Positions 12,955 to 24,000 of a stretch of 64,000 nucleotides of DNA are shown here, one piece after another. Each line of letters opens with the position of its first letter. Position 1 is the stretch's first letter. Position numbers and translations under genes: made by a program. The stretch is from positions 37,760,001 through 37,824,000 of the forward strand of contig NC_087245.1 in assembly GCF_037042905.1 (NCBI RefSeq). Reading direction: 5' to 3'. Origin of the DNA: Lytechinus pictus (lineage: Eukaryota). The notes under the pieces were generated by a model. It saw only the letters and a list, made by a program, of their open reading frames with translations, searched no databases and was not told the origin of the DNA.

Positions 12955-14578
12955 CAGCGGCGTAACAGGGGTCGGTGGCCAGACCCAAAAATTTCCCGGT
13001 CATATCATGGTATGAACAGGCGTAATGGTGTAATGAGGCGACTATTTTGAGAGGGCCAGATATTGCGTATCGGGCAGAATTTATCTTTTAAAAAAAATTG
13101 CGAGCGAGCGAGCAAATTTTTTTACCTTTTAAATACAAAAATCCAATTTAGTGATAGATTTTGACACGATATCAAGAAAATAATATATTTCACTCTTCTC
13201 TCTTTCCATTCCTTTTTTGTGTGGTCTGTACGCCACTGTTAACAGGATTCTTTGCGGCAGTAGCGTGAAGAGTAAAAAAAAAACGAGGGGCGCAGTTTGA
13301 CACATGTGCTAAAAAGCTGCTTGATATAAGTCCCGAGCGATCGAGAAAAATATCACCTTTTCATGAGAATCTTACTTTGAGATATTTTTTAACTTATATC
13401 CTACACATTTTTCTTTGCTTTTCCTTCCTCCCTTTATTTGTTCTTGTTTGTAGAACTTTTGGGGGCCAATGGCCCAACCCTTCCATACTCATATACAGCA
13501 GTGCTGTGCGGTTGGGGTCCGGGGCGGAGCCCCCGAAACTTCTTGATACCAAAGCCATTTAAACCTCGCAGATTGCCGCTATTTTAATCAAATCGCGGAT
13601 ATATACAGAATATAGCTTTTACGCAACACATTTATTCAACCCAGTTGCGTAATGAACCAAATATATTAGAGGGGGCAAAACATAGCAATGTGGGAAAATT
13701 TACATCCTACATCCACTGCATGTTGGTTCTACTCTTATATTGATTTGTAATTGTTTATGTATTGTTTTTTATTGTTCATATAATATTGTATATTTTACCT
13801 TTGATGTGAGTAAAGTGCATTGAATTGAATTTGTTAAAAGTCGCCATCAGCGTGCAAAACGAAATGAAATTCTAATTATGTGATAGATTTTCCCATTATA
13901 TTCAGCAAATAACACATTTCATTGTTTCCATTCATTTCATTATACGTTGTCTCCTATAATTTCTTTTATTTCCTCTTGAGTGTGGAACCAAGACCCCCCG
14001 CGCCTGTACGCCAGTGATTGAACGTGAATGAACGGGGCGTTATAGAGCCATTTCATGGTTATAGATGAAGAGCCCCGGACCCGGTAGCTTTATAAAATTT
14101 AGCAAGCTTATAGCGCAATGTTGTATGCAGTCCATCTTTCTTCCCGCTCTTTTTTTTTGTCAATCCTCGGCATCCCGGTCGTGTTATTATTTTTTTTTCT
14201 TGTCCCTTTCCTTTGTTTTCTAATTTAGCTTTTGACTAATTCCATTCTACCTCCGTTTCCCGCTATTGTTTGCCATTTTGTCATCTTTTAATTTATTTTC
14301 CATCATGCTATTGCATTACATAAGCCTATTTTGGAATGATTTGTTCTTTGTCAAATGTTCTTCTTTCATACCTTTTCCCGCTATTTTTCCTTTTCCATAA
14401 AAAAAAATCTTTGTTTTCTTTTCCCTTTCCCTTTCCTTTTCCTCCTTTCCTTTTTCCCTTTCCTCCCCCTTTCTCTTTCTTTCTCCCTCCTTTTTTTTAT
14501 TTTTCCTGTTTTTTTATAATTTTCCCGGCGAAATACACCAGGGGGGGCACTTTGCCCCCCTCGCCTGTTACGCCACTG
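12955..14578. mobile_element. Composite hAT-like non-autonomous element in a poly-G tract
   Basis: TIRs CAGCGGCGTAACAGG / CCTGTTACGCCACTG; G runs on both flanks; extra internal TACGCCA(C/G)TG ends near 13230 and 14010. Confidence 0.7.
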
Positions 14579-14763
14579 GGGGGGGGGGGGGTCATGAATC
14601 TTATCGCCTGACTTAATTGTCATCACAGAAAATCAAGCATGGGATTAATCACTAACCTTTGTGTTACGGGACCCAGGTCTCTGACTGATTACATCTGCTG
14701 TTATGTACGTGTAACTTGTCACTTTAATAAACCTGATACCCAAGCTGAAGATAGGCTCTAACT

Positions 14764-15751
14764 CCAGGACGGAAATCTCTCCCCAAAGGTAGGGGGGGAC
14801 GGGCAGGAAAATTTGACAAACAAAAATTTTTTTTTAAAAGGTTATCACCCCAACTGTCAGGTTATTTTGACCAAAATAAGTTTGACAAGCAAAAAATTAA
14901 AAAAGATTACATTACGAAAATACACCGTTTGGGGTTTCACCGCTGTTAGGGTCGCAAACTGCGGTAATAGACCCCATTTTTCGTTTGAAACTCTCATTTC
15001 TCATTTGAACATTTCCAAGCCCCGATAAACCCATCTTGGCCAGGTAATCCCCGTTGTCTCAATTTCACCTCCACTGGCCAGTAAAGCCAAGGACGAAATG
15101 ATAAACAACAGCTGTGCTATTACGTAAGACTTCTCTGCCTGAAGAAGGAACTTCGGAATTAAATTATTGTCTTCGATATTTAATCACGTTTTCAAAGGCA
15201 TATTGTATTCAGACATCCAATATTAGTCCTTTTTCAATTTCGAACGAAGAAAATCGACCTCGAAATAAGCAAAATAAGCGAATAAAAATTAGGTTATGCT
15301 TTGCATGCAGGGACTGCCCTTAAAGCGCTGCGCACACGATGCATTCACCGCGTGTATACACGGAACTCCATAGCAGGCTCTTAGACACGTTGCAATCCAT
15401 CGTGTGTGACCCCCTGCTGTGCTGGACTGTCACGTTATCTTCAGACCGAGGTCAAGAAACAGGTGTTTTGATACTTAAATTTCTTGCTTGGGGGCAGTTC
15501 GGGATTATAGTGGTTGGAGAAGAGAATTGGTGAAAACGATCTGGGGTATAGCCTTCTCAAACGGAGGTATTTCGTCATGATCACCCAAAAAGTTAGGTCA
15601 TCTCCTCCAAAATACATGTTTTATCTCTATTTTGAATGATGTATTTCTTTCCACCGTAAAAGACCGAAAATAGTAGGGGGGACATTTCATATTGTGTCCC
15701 CCTACTATTTTGGGTAGGGGGGATGTGTCCCCCCTGGGATTTCCACCCATG
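14764..15751. mobile_element. hAT-like non-autonomous element
   Basis: Ends CCAGGACGGAAATC / GATTTCCACCCATG; 8-bp flanks CTCTAACT / CTTTAACT. Confidence 0.6.
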
Positions 15752-16232
15752 CTTTAACTTTTGTACTACCAGTCACAATTCTTTAACTCACTATTACAGA
15801 ATAAAAGCAGAGAAACAAAAGTTCAGTGAACCAGATTTTCAGCTAGATAGGTAAGATTCAGTTCCGTCCTTTCCATCCCCAACTCATTTCCCCTTCAAAT
15901 TTCTACAGATCAACAGTGACCGATTGTTTGATCTCAACGGTTTTTTCATCTGTGCTTTTATAGTGCTGAGTTACAGAAGTGTGACTGGTAGTGTGGGGGT
16001 GGTCAACCAGGCAAAGTATAGAGAGAGAGAGAGGGGGAGAAAGCCCTTGTTGCGCAATACTCATAGTGGCTTACATGCAAAGTTAATAGTGAAATGGATA
16101 CAGCGTATTTGAAAAACTATACAGTGACGTTGAATTTTTTGCTTTATTTCGATTTACATGTATATTTTACCAGTTAATAATATGTTTAATATGGTCAACA
16201 TTCAGATATTTTTTGCACTATTTTTTAATTAA

Positions 16233-19200
16233 AGTATACATCCAAAGAAAATTCACGAAAGTGATGATTATAGACAAATTATATATGAATGGAAAGGTCT
16301 TGTCTTTTTATACACAAATATGTCACTAAAAAGTCTTATTGATGTCGTGGAAATGCAAGAAATGAAATTATTAGAAACCCTTCTCAGCCCCCCAGCCGCC
16401 CCCAGACAGCGATCAAATACAGTCGATAATAATGACGTCACATGATGATCAACTCACTCAGCCGCTCTCTAGCTCTGTGCAAGCCAGCAGTACACTGATG
16501 GCTGATTCACCTTCCTGGTCTCTACTTTTCTTCGAATTTACCGTTTTCTTCATGTATTGTGATATCCGAATTCTGTTTTCGACAACTTCAGACTATAAGG
16601 GAACCAGAACTGTGTTATTTTGCCCGGTTTTTATTGAATTGTGAACTGGAAAGATCGATTTTGTCCACTCGACAGTCTTCGTTGTGTTGCTCTACTATTA
16701 TTACTAACTATTGAAAAACTCCAAGCTGCACGGTCCCATTCACTTGCTCCCGATGCATGTTTTATTGTTGCAGGTTACGCTGTTTGATCCAGTCAAAAGT
16801 CAAGGTAAGCATGTTTGGAAACTGTACTTGTTCTGACGATGCATTCAGGTCAGATGACAGATACAGATCTGATATAAGTTTAGAATCATGCATTTTGGCG
16901 TATACTATTAAAATTAAAAAGTCTTTATTTTAGAAATAATGTTTTTGCACAATTCCAGCAGATTTTTTCTTCAGATTTCTAAAACTGGTCAGGACTCAGC
17001 ACAGGCAGGCGATTAAATTGTTTAGGAGCACTGGTATGGACCATGGCTGAAAATCTGCTGTTTCAGAGGAATGTTTAAGTTTTTATTATACACAGAATTG
17101 TATCACCATGATGCCGATGTCATGAAGCCAGACAAATTTTCAGCAGTGATTACCCTGATTCCTGGCCAAAATCACTCACACGTATTGCGAGGTTAGTATT
17201 AGTATACTAACCTCGCACCACGAACCGCGTTTGGCAGTGGATTTCTAACTAGTGGGTCGCGCGTGCTGGGATCTCACTTCTTGGGTCCACAACACACGAC
17301 TTCTATGGCTTGAATTTTCTGTGCGCGGCGGCATGTAATGAACCCTTGGGTGGGCCAAAATTAGAGTCTGGTGTTTCTTTCTGATTAGAGTGTTGCTGCA
17401 TATATGCATGCATAATGCCTTCAACAATGAAGATAAATGCAATCTTTGTAATGACACAGAGACTCAGAGAGCACCGTACCTCTAGTGATGTTCGTGTAGT
17501 CTCCACTTCACTACTGCTACAGCCTACACTACGCTACACACCTACCCGGGTAGGTGTGGCGTACATGACGGTACAGTAGTGTAGCGGTAGTGAAGTGGAG
17601 TGGGGCCTACATAAACATCACTTGAGGTAGAGCACCAGTGTTCTGAGTGGAACTTTTCAGGTGTCTTAACCTACTATCATTTGTTGTTGACCGGGAATTA
17701 CATGCCACCGCACGTCATCAATCATCACGATAATTAAATTCATACTTGGATTTGATTATTTAAACTATTTCTTTTTTTCTCTCTTCTACACACAGATCTG
17801 CACACTTGCTGACTCTGGTGACTTCTTGTCTCTGCTTGCTACCTCAATCTGGGAGATTCCATCATGTCCTTTTACTATGATTTGGATATAGCCATTTTTT
17901 TCTTCTCTCTTTCCAGGACCTACGGTTTGCAAGTTGTGGACTGATAATGATACAAAAGAAAAATTTTCTTTATCAATCTTGGAAACAATTTTGAGCACAG
18001 TTTTGGAGAGAACTAAGAAATTTGACCTGGACAGGAATACAGCTTTTCAAAAATAATAACACACAATTTAAAACGAAAGAACAATTTTAATGTTACTAGG
18101 GCATTTTGCGAGAAATGTTATACTCAATCACACGTCCCAAATCAAGGGTAAGTCCTTTGATTAAACATGTAGTTGAATTGCGATTGCAACTCGACCTTAT
18201 TACGCTTGAATTTGAATTTAAGACTTACGCTTGATTTGCAATTGAACATAAGTTTCTTGCAGTGCCCCATAATTATGTTTTGTTATCAGATATTTAACGT
18301 GCTGATTTTTCTCGAAAGTTATAATATATTTGTCCTTTTAAACGGTATTTGAATATGGGTACGCCTTTTATTTGTTTTCCACAATATTTATTGCATGTAT
18401 GAACAGAAGTGAAATATTTATTGTGAAGCACTGTGAATGTTGTGTGCTGTTGTGTGATGGTTCATCATTTTTGTTATAAGACTGAAAGCCTGGTGGATGT
18501 GAGGAAGTGGCCTGGATGAAAGAAAAGTGAACATGTGTCCAATTACTGATTTGCATATTCTAAGACAATTTTGTTTCTGGATAAATTTTGCTATGCATTC
18601 CCTACATTAAGAGTAAAGGAGAAGTCCACGCAATCAAAAATTCATTTGAATTTAAAAGAAAAATAACAAGATATTGCAGGAAATTTCATAAAAACTTTGA
18701 TTCAAATTTATATAATTACTATTTTAACAGTTCCGTAAATATAACCTATTGTGATCAGATGAAGAGTTTCCTATCGTCAAATCTGCAAAGAATAAAAAAC
18801 AAAATGCCACAAAAAATAGAAACGAATGTGATGTGAGTGACAACTCTAATTTGCATATAATTGTTTTGTGTATATGACTGTTTTGAGTAAAAACAACAAG
18901 GGAAATTACTCTATTCAAATAATTTTTAGTTGATGTGGACTTGACTTTTAACTCTACCCCTCCCATCCCAAATAAGAGTAGAAATAATCTAATCAAGAAC
19001 TTGAAAATCAAAAGCAGCAATTAAGAAGCAAGATTTGATAAATACAGGTCTGAATAGAATTTCACAAGAAAATAAAAAGAGAAAAAAAGATGGGTAGGGA
19101 CGGGGAAGGAATAAAAAAAAAATGCCCAGAAAAAAAAATCTGAGTTTCGAACCAGGGTCCTCGCACATGACAAAACAATGGCCAACGCATTTGGCCACAG

Positions 19201-19898
19201 ACCATTGCCCTACCGGAAAGGCATTTTTAAGATATATGAAATAAAGTCCGCTCGCCGCTGTTGCCTAATAATGCTTCGGCAATTCAACTGCAATTTCAGT
19301 CATTTCGCGATGGATATTGCCGTGTTTTTTTTGTGGTTCCTGACTTTGCTACTTAATGAAATTTCATAATTTTTGTTCAGTCATAAAGAAGAATGTCTAT
19401 GCTTTATATTGATTATAATATTAATGTGACGCAAGTGTGATTTCTACGTGAAAATATGCTTTGTTTATTCACATATATTTCTTGAAGAAAAAAAAAAATT
19501 CTAAGCTAAATATCGGTTACCAAAATACGTTAAATGTGCACTTTTTTTTCACTGTTCAGTAAATTCAAACTTTTATCTATATAACAAGACCAATATTAAG
19601 AGCAATAAACAATTCTAAGAGCAAAAAACGCTGATTGGAAAGATCGTCTCCAATGGGCTGCTGTCAGCTCAGCTGCTCACTGCTCATTGTGTGACGTCAC
19701 TCAGCTGGAGCTCGCAAGAGGACCGGTGGAAGGCAGAAATATGGCATGAAAATAAATCATTTTTGAGAGCTGATTTCTGCAAACTCTGATCACTATTTTG
19801 AAAAGTGAAGTTATATATCTGATTAGTAATACTTCCCCTTTACAATGATGACCACATAAAGTCATTATAAAATACTTTTGATTCTTCGGATGTATACT
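16233..19898. mobile_element. 3.67-kb Kolobok-type element with no intact transposase ORF
   Basis: TTAA|AGTATACATCCAAAGAA ... TTCTTCGGATGTATACT|TTAA: 16 of 17 TIR match, TTAA TSD, AG..CT termini. Confidence 0.8.
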
Positions 19899-20090
19899 TT
19901 AAAGCATGATCTTGGACTTGCACGATAAATCTGCACATAAATTCACCACCGGATGATCAGTGCATGCTGCATTATCAAGTATGTAATTGGCAACATCATC
20001 ATCTTTTGAACACCATCCAAGTCCGTTGATTGATATCTTGTGTAAAGTTCAACTGCAGTTTCTCTTTGTTTTTATTTTCATTCTCTGTAG

Positions 20091-20302
20091 AAAGGATCAA
20101 AGTCCAGCAGACCTGCACTACCAACCCGCACTGTTATAAAAAATTGAAGTTGTCCTCGTTGGTCATGTGACTGGTGCCTCATTCTCTGTATGTGGCAGGT
20201 CTCAGGGGGAGGTTGTTGACATTTTATGATGAAATGTACAAAAAGGCCCTTGAGATGTGTACATTACGTACATGGCAAACAGGATCTACTCCGAGCTAGA
20301 TA
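20091..20302 (+). other. Candidate 5'UTR exon
   Basis: Pyrimidine tract plus TCTGTAG| at 20090 and ATAG|GTAAGA at 20302; next acceptor TCTTCAG| at 20512. No transcript support available. Confidence 0.4.
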
Positions 20303-20705
20303 GGTAAGATTCAGTTCCGTCTTTTCCATCCCCAAATCATTTCCTCTTCAAAGTTCTACAGTTCAACAGTGACCAATTGTTTGATCTCAAAGGTTTGTTC
20401 AGTTATATTTTTCTTTTATTTTTTTTGCTTGTTTAACTATTATGTACAATAATCTCAGTAGTTTGAATTAAAAAGAATGACAATGTTTATTCTTTTAATT
20501 ATCTTTCTTCAGAATTAGCAGTTTCCAAGGGTTTGCAGATGGAGAGGATTCCTTGTGGTCTACGATCCTGTACCCCCACGTTTGATTTCCACATAATGGG
20601 ATGGATATAATACTTGTATGCTGCATAGCAGACGCAAAGTGAGGAACATTGTCCGGTGGAAGGAAAATATAATAAAATACATTTTGCAAGGATTAATCAG
20701 GCACA

Positions 20706-21096
20706 ATGTTCCGAAGACGTAGGAAGAAAGATGTGCAGAAGTCCCATCACCAAACCGATATCGATCCGAGGTCGAATTTCAAGCGAACAATGTCCATAGA
20801 ATCATTGGATTCTGCCATGAGCGACGGGTCGTCGTTCGGTGTCGTCAACAAGCTGTCAGACACAAGGGACTTCAAACTAGCCAACATCTTCTGGCGTGCC
20901 AAACTCTCCTGCCATCCATTCTTCGTCGGTGACCCCCTGGTGACCTTTGGTGACCTGTGGCCGGAGGACGTGAAGGGCTTGATCTCCTGCTTCAAAGGAG
21001 CCGAGTTGCAGGATTCGGTGGTGGCGTGCTGTAAACTGGTGCTCAGATGTGGACCAATAAGAGTCTTGAGAGAACTCCTTGATCAAAGGATCATAA
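20706..21096 (+). CDS. Ankyrin gene coding exon 1 (MFRRRRKKDV...LLDQRII)
   Basis: GC-richer ORF with in-frame TAA upstream at 20694; donor A|GTAAGT, phase 1, matches the next exon. Confidence 0.75.
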
Positions 21097-24000
21097 GTAA
21101 GTAGGACGGTAGATGATTGGTTAGAATGGCCTGCATTCACAAAGGTGGTTTTTAAAACCATGGTTAATGCAGATTTCCTGTATAAATCACGCTTATTCAC
21201 CGCATATATTTAAAAAATATCCATAGCTGATGCGCGCTTTTGTAAAAGTGTGCCAAATTGACACCTGTTGTCATGGTTAAGTACGCTATTTTATTCATGA
21301 GTCCACTGTTTGAAGAGTGGACTCATTAATTCAAAACTGTGGACTCATTAATAAAATAGCGTACTTAACCAAGGCAACACACATCAATTTGGCGCACTGT
21401 GACAAAAGCGCGCATCAGCATTGGACATTTTGTAATATACGCGTTAAATAATTTATACAGGAAATCTGCATAAACCATGGGTTCAACCAATGATTTTAAA
21501 AACTACCTTTGTGAATTCGGGCCTATGTGCTTGTATTGAAAGTGTGAATGCTTTTACAGGGTGTCCCAGCAATAAAAGGAAACTGAGACTATCTTGTCAT
21601 TTTCCTGCATCACAGGCAAAATTTCATTTACATCATTAAAAAGTTCAATTTTCTTGTATGTTTTTCATACCAAGAATGCTATGAAAGGAAAAATTAGGGG
21701 AAGATCATCTATTTCATCTAATTAAACTTCAGCTTCTCATGCAAGTTATACATGTATGTAGTGTGATAAAACTGAATACGCCTAGACCGTAAATAGTATA
21801 ATGGAAAAATCTGGATTAAAAAATCTTTAAAAAAAATGAATGCAAATAAAAAAAATATATAACATTATAGATTTAATTTAGAGTAATCATCTTTAAAGTT
21901 TGAAGAGTTATAAATAGGATCTAATGAAAGCTACAGAAAAAAGTATAAAATTGATCTTTATTTGTATAATCTATTCTTAGGCCTATATTTTTTGGTTATA
22001 AATGCTAAAGTTTTGAGCCTTGTAAATGTTAATTTTGGTAATTCCATAAATATAGAAGTCTGATCCTTTATGTGTGGGACTTTCCTGAAATGGTTTATTT
22101 TTGTTTTCTATTCCATATGAAAGATTGTAATGTTATTATGTTTTGGGCACCTACGAAGTGAAGTAAGACTAGAGAAAAAATAGGGGTTGACTATTTTATG
22201 GAATTTTCCTCTATTAGTAGAGCGGATTAGCTCCAAAAATCACAACAATTGTGCAAATTTTGACTAAAGCATAAAACTTTCACAAGTATTAGTATATGCC
22301 ATAAGATTTATTTTAAAGATGGGAGGTAAATTTATAAATGCCATTTTCGGCCGTTGCCATGGCAACGGATTAATTTCTCCAAAACAACATACATTCCCAT
22401 ATAAATGGTAAATAAACATGATATAGATGACCAAAATGATAATTTTCAGGCTCCCGATTGAAAACATATGAAATTTAGAAATATTCAAGATCATCAAGAT
22501 AGTTCCAATTGGTCCGTTGCCATGGCAACGGCTTGTTTTTCCCCAGAAAAATAAAAATTTTGATTAAAAAAAGTTGTAGAATATGATATATCTTTAATTT
22601 CCCCTAATTTTACAGTGCTTAACAAAGATATTTTGGTTGCTAAATGTGTAAATTACATCTCAAGCCATTGCCATGGCAACCAAATAACATCTAATTTACA
22701 AAAATAACATGGTTGTCAAGACAATGGATAGGTGGAAAATACAATTGGAATTGACTTAATCTGTATGCTTAAGTTTTGACCCCCTCATTTGAACAAAAAA
22801 TACAAAATTGTTCTGCAGGAGTTCTTTATAAAGATAAAATATTATGTTGCTTTGGAAATGCTTGAATTAGATTTAAAAAGGAACAATTTTACAAAGGGCC
22901 CGTTGCCATGGCAACAGCTTATTTCCCTCTAGAAAGGTAAAAATATTGATAAAAATGAGGAATACATGTACGGTATGATCATCATTCAATTTTCCCTAAT
23001 TTAAAGGTACTAATCGAGATATGTTTGTGATTAAATTTATAAATATAACATCTTAAGCCATTGCCATGGCAACCAAATCTAATTTTTTTTTTAAAGTGGA
23101 TGATAAGGTTAAAAACAGGTGAAAGATACAATGAATATTAACTTAATGTGCATTCGTAAGGTCTGACCTACTCAACTAATTTAGGGGAAAATAATACAGT
23201 CAGTGTTCTGCATGAACTAATTAAAATGATAAACATTGATGTTGCCTTGGTAATACTTTTATGTCATGTGTTTAAAAAATATCATATACCGGTATATAAG
23301 CATTTCATTCTTTTTCATCTTGAACCTCCACCCATCTGTTTAAAAGCCCTGGAAAATAATGTTTTTATTTAATAACAATATACACAAATTGCGAGGGAAA
23401 CAAACTGATTGATGGCATACTGTAATCATCACTATAATCATCATTATCAAACTTTTCATTTTTTCATCATCATTATTACAATTTTTCTACCCTGAATTGT
23501 TGGGGGGATGATAATACAGGCCATCCCCCCCACTTGAAATATTGGGGGGGATATATCCCCCCCATCCCCCCCGTGATCGACACCCATGCTTACGCATATT
23601 AAGTTAATTTTATTGTATTTTCCACCTGTCCATTATCTTGTCAGCCATGTTATTTTTGGTAAATTAAATGTTATTTTATTGCCGTGGTAATGCCTTAAGA
23701 TGTTATTTATACATGAAACAACAGAGATGTACGTGTATGTTTGGCACCCTAAACTTAGTAGAATTGAATGAAAAATAAGATTCTACAAGGTATTCTTTAT
23801 CAAAGATGGTATTTTAGGGGGAATAAAGTGACCCGTTGCCATGGGAACAGAACACACATTTGTAAACATTGATATCAATAAATTCAAGCATTACCAAGGC
23901 AACATCAGTTTTTATCATGCTAATGAACTCATGCGGAACACTTACTGTATTTTTTGTTCAAAACTTAATGACTGGTCAAAGTCAAACCTTATGTAGATTA

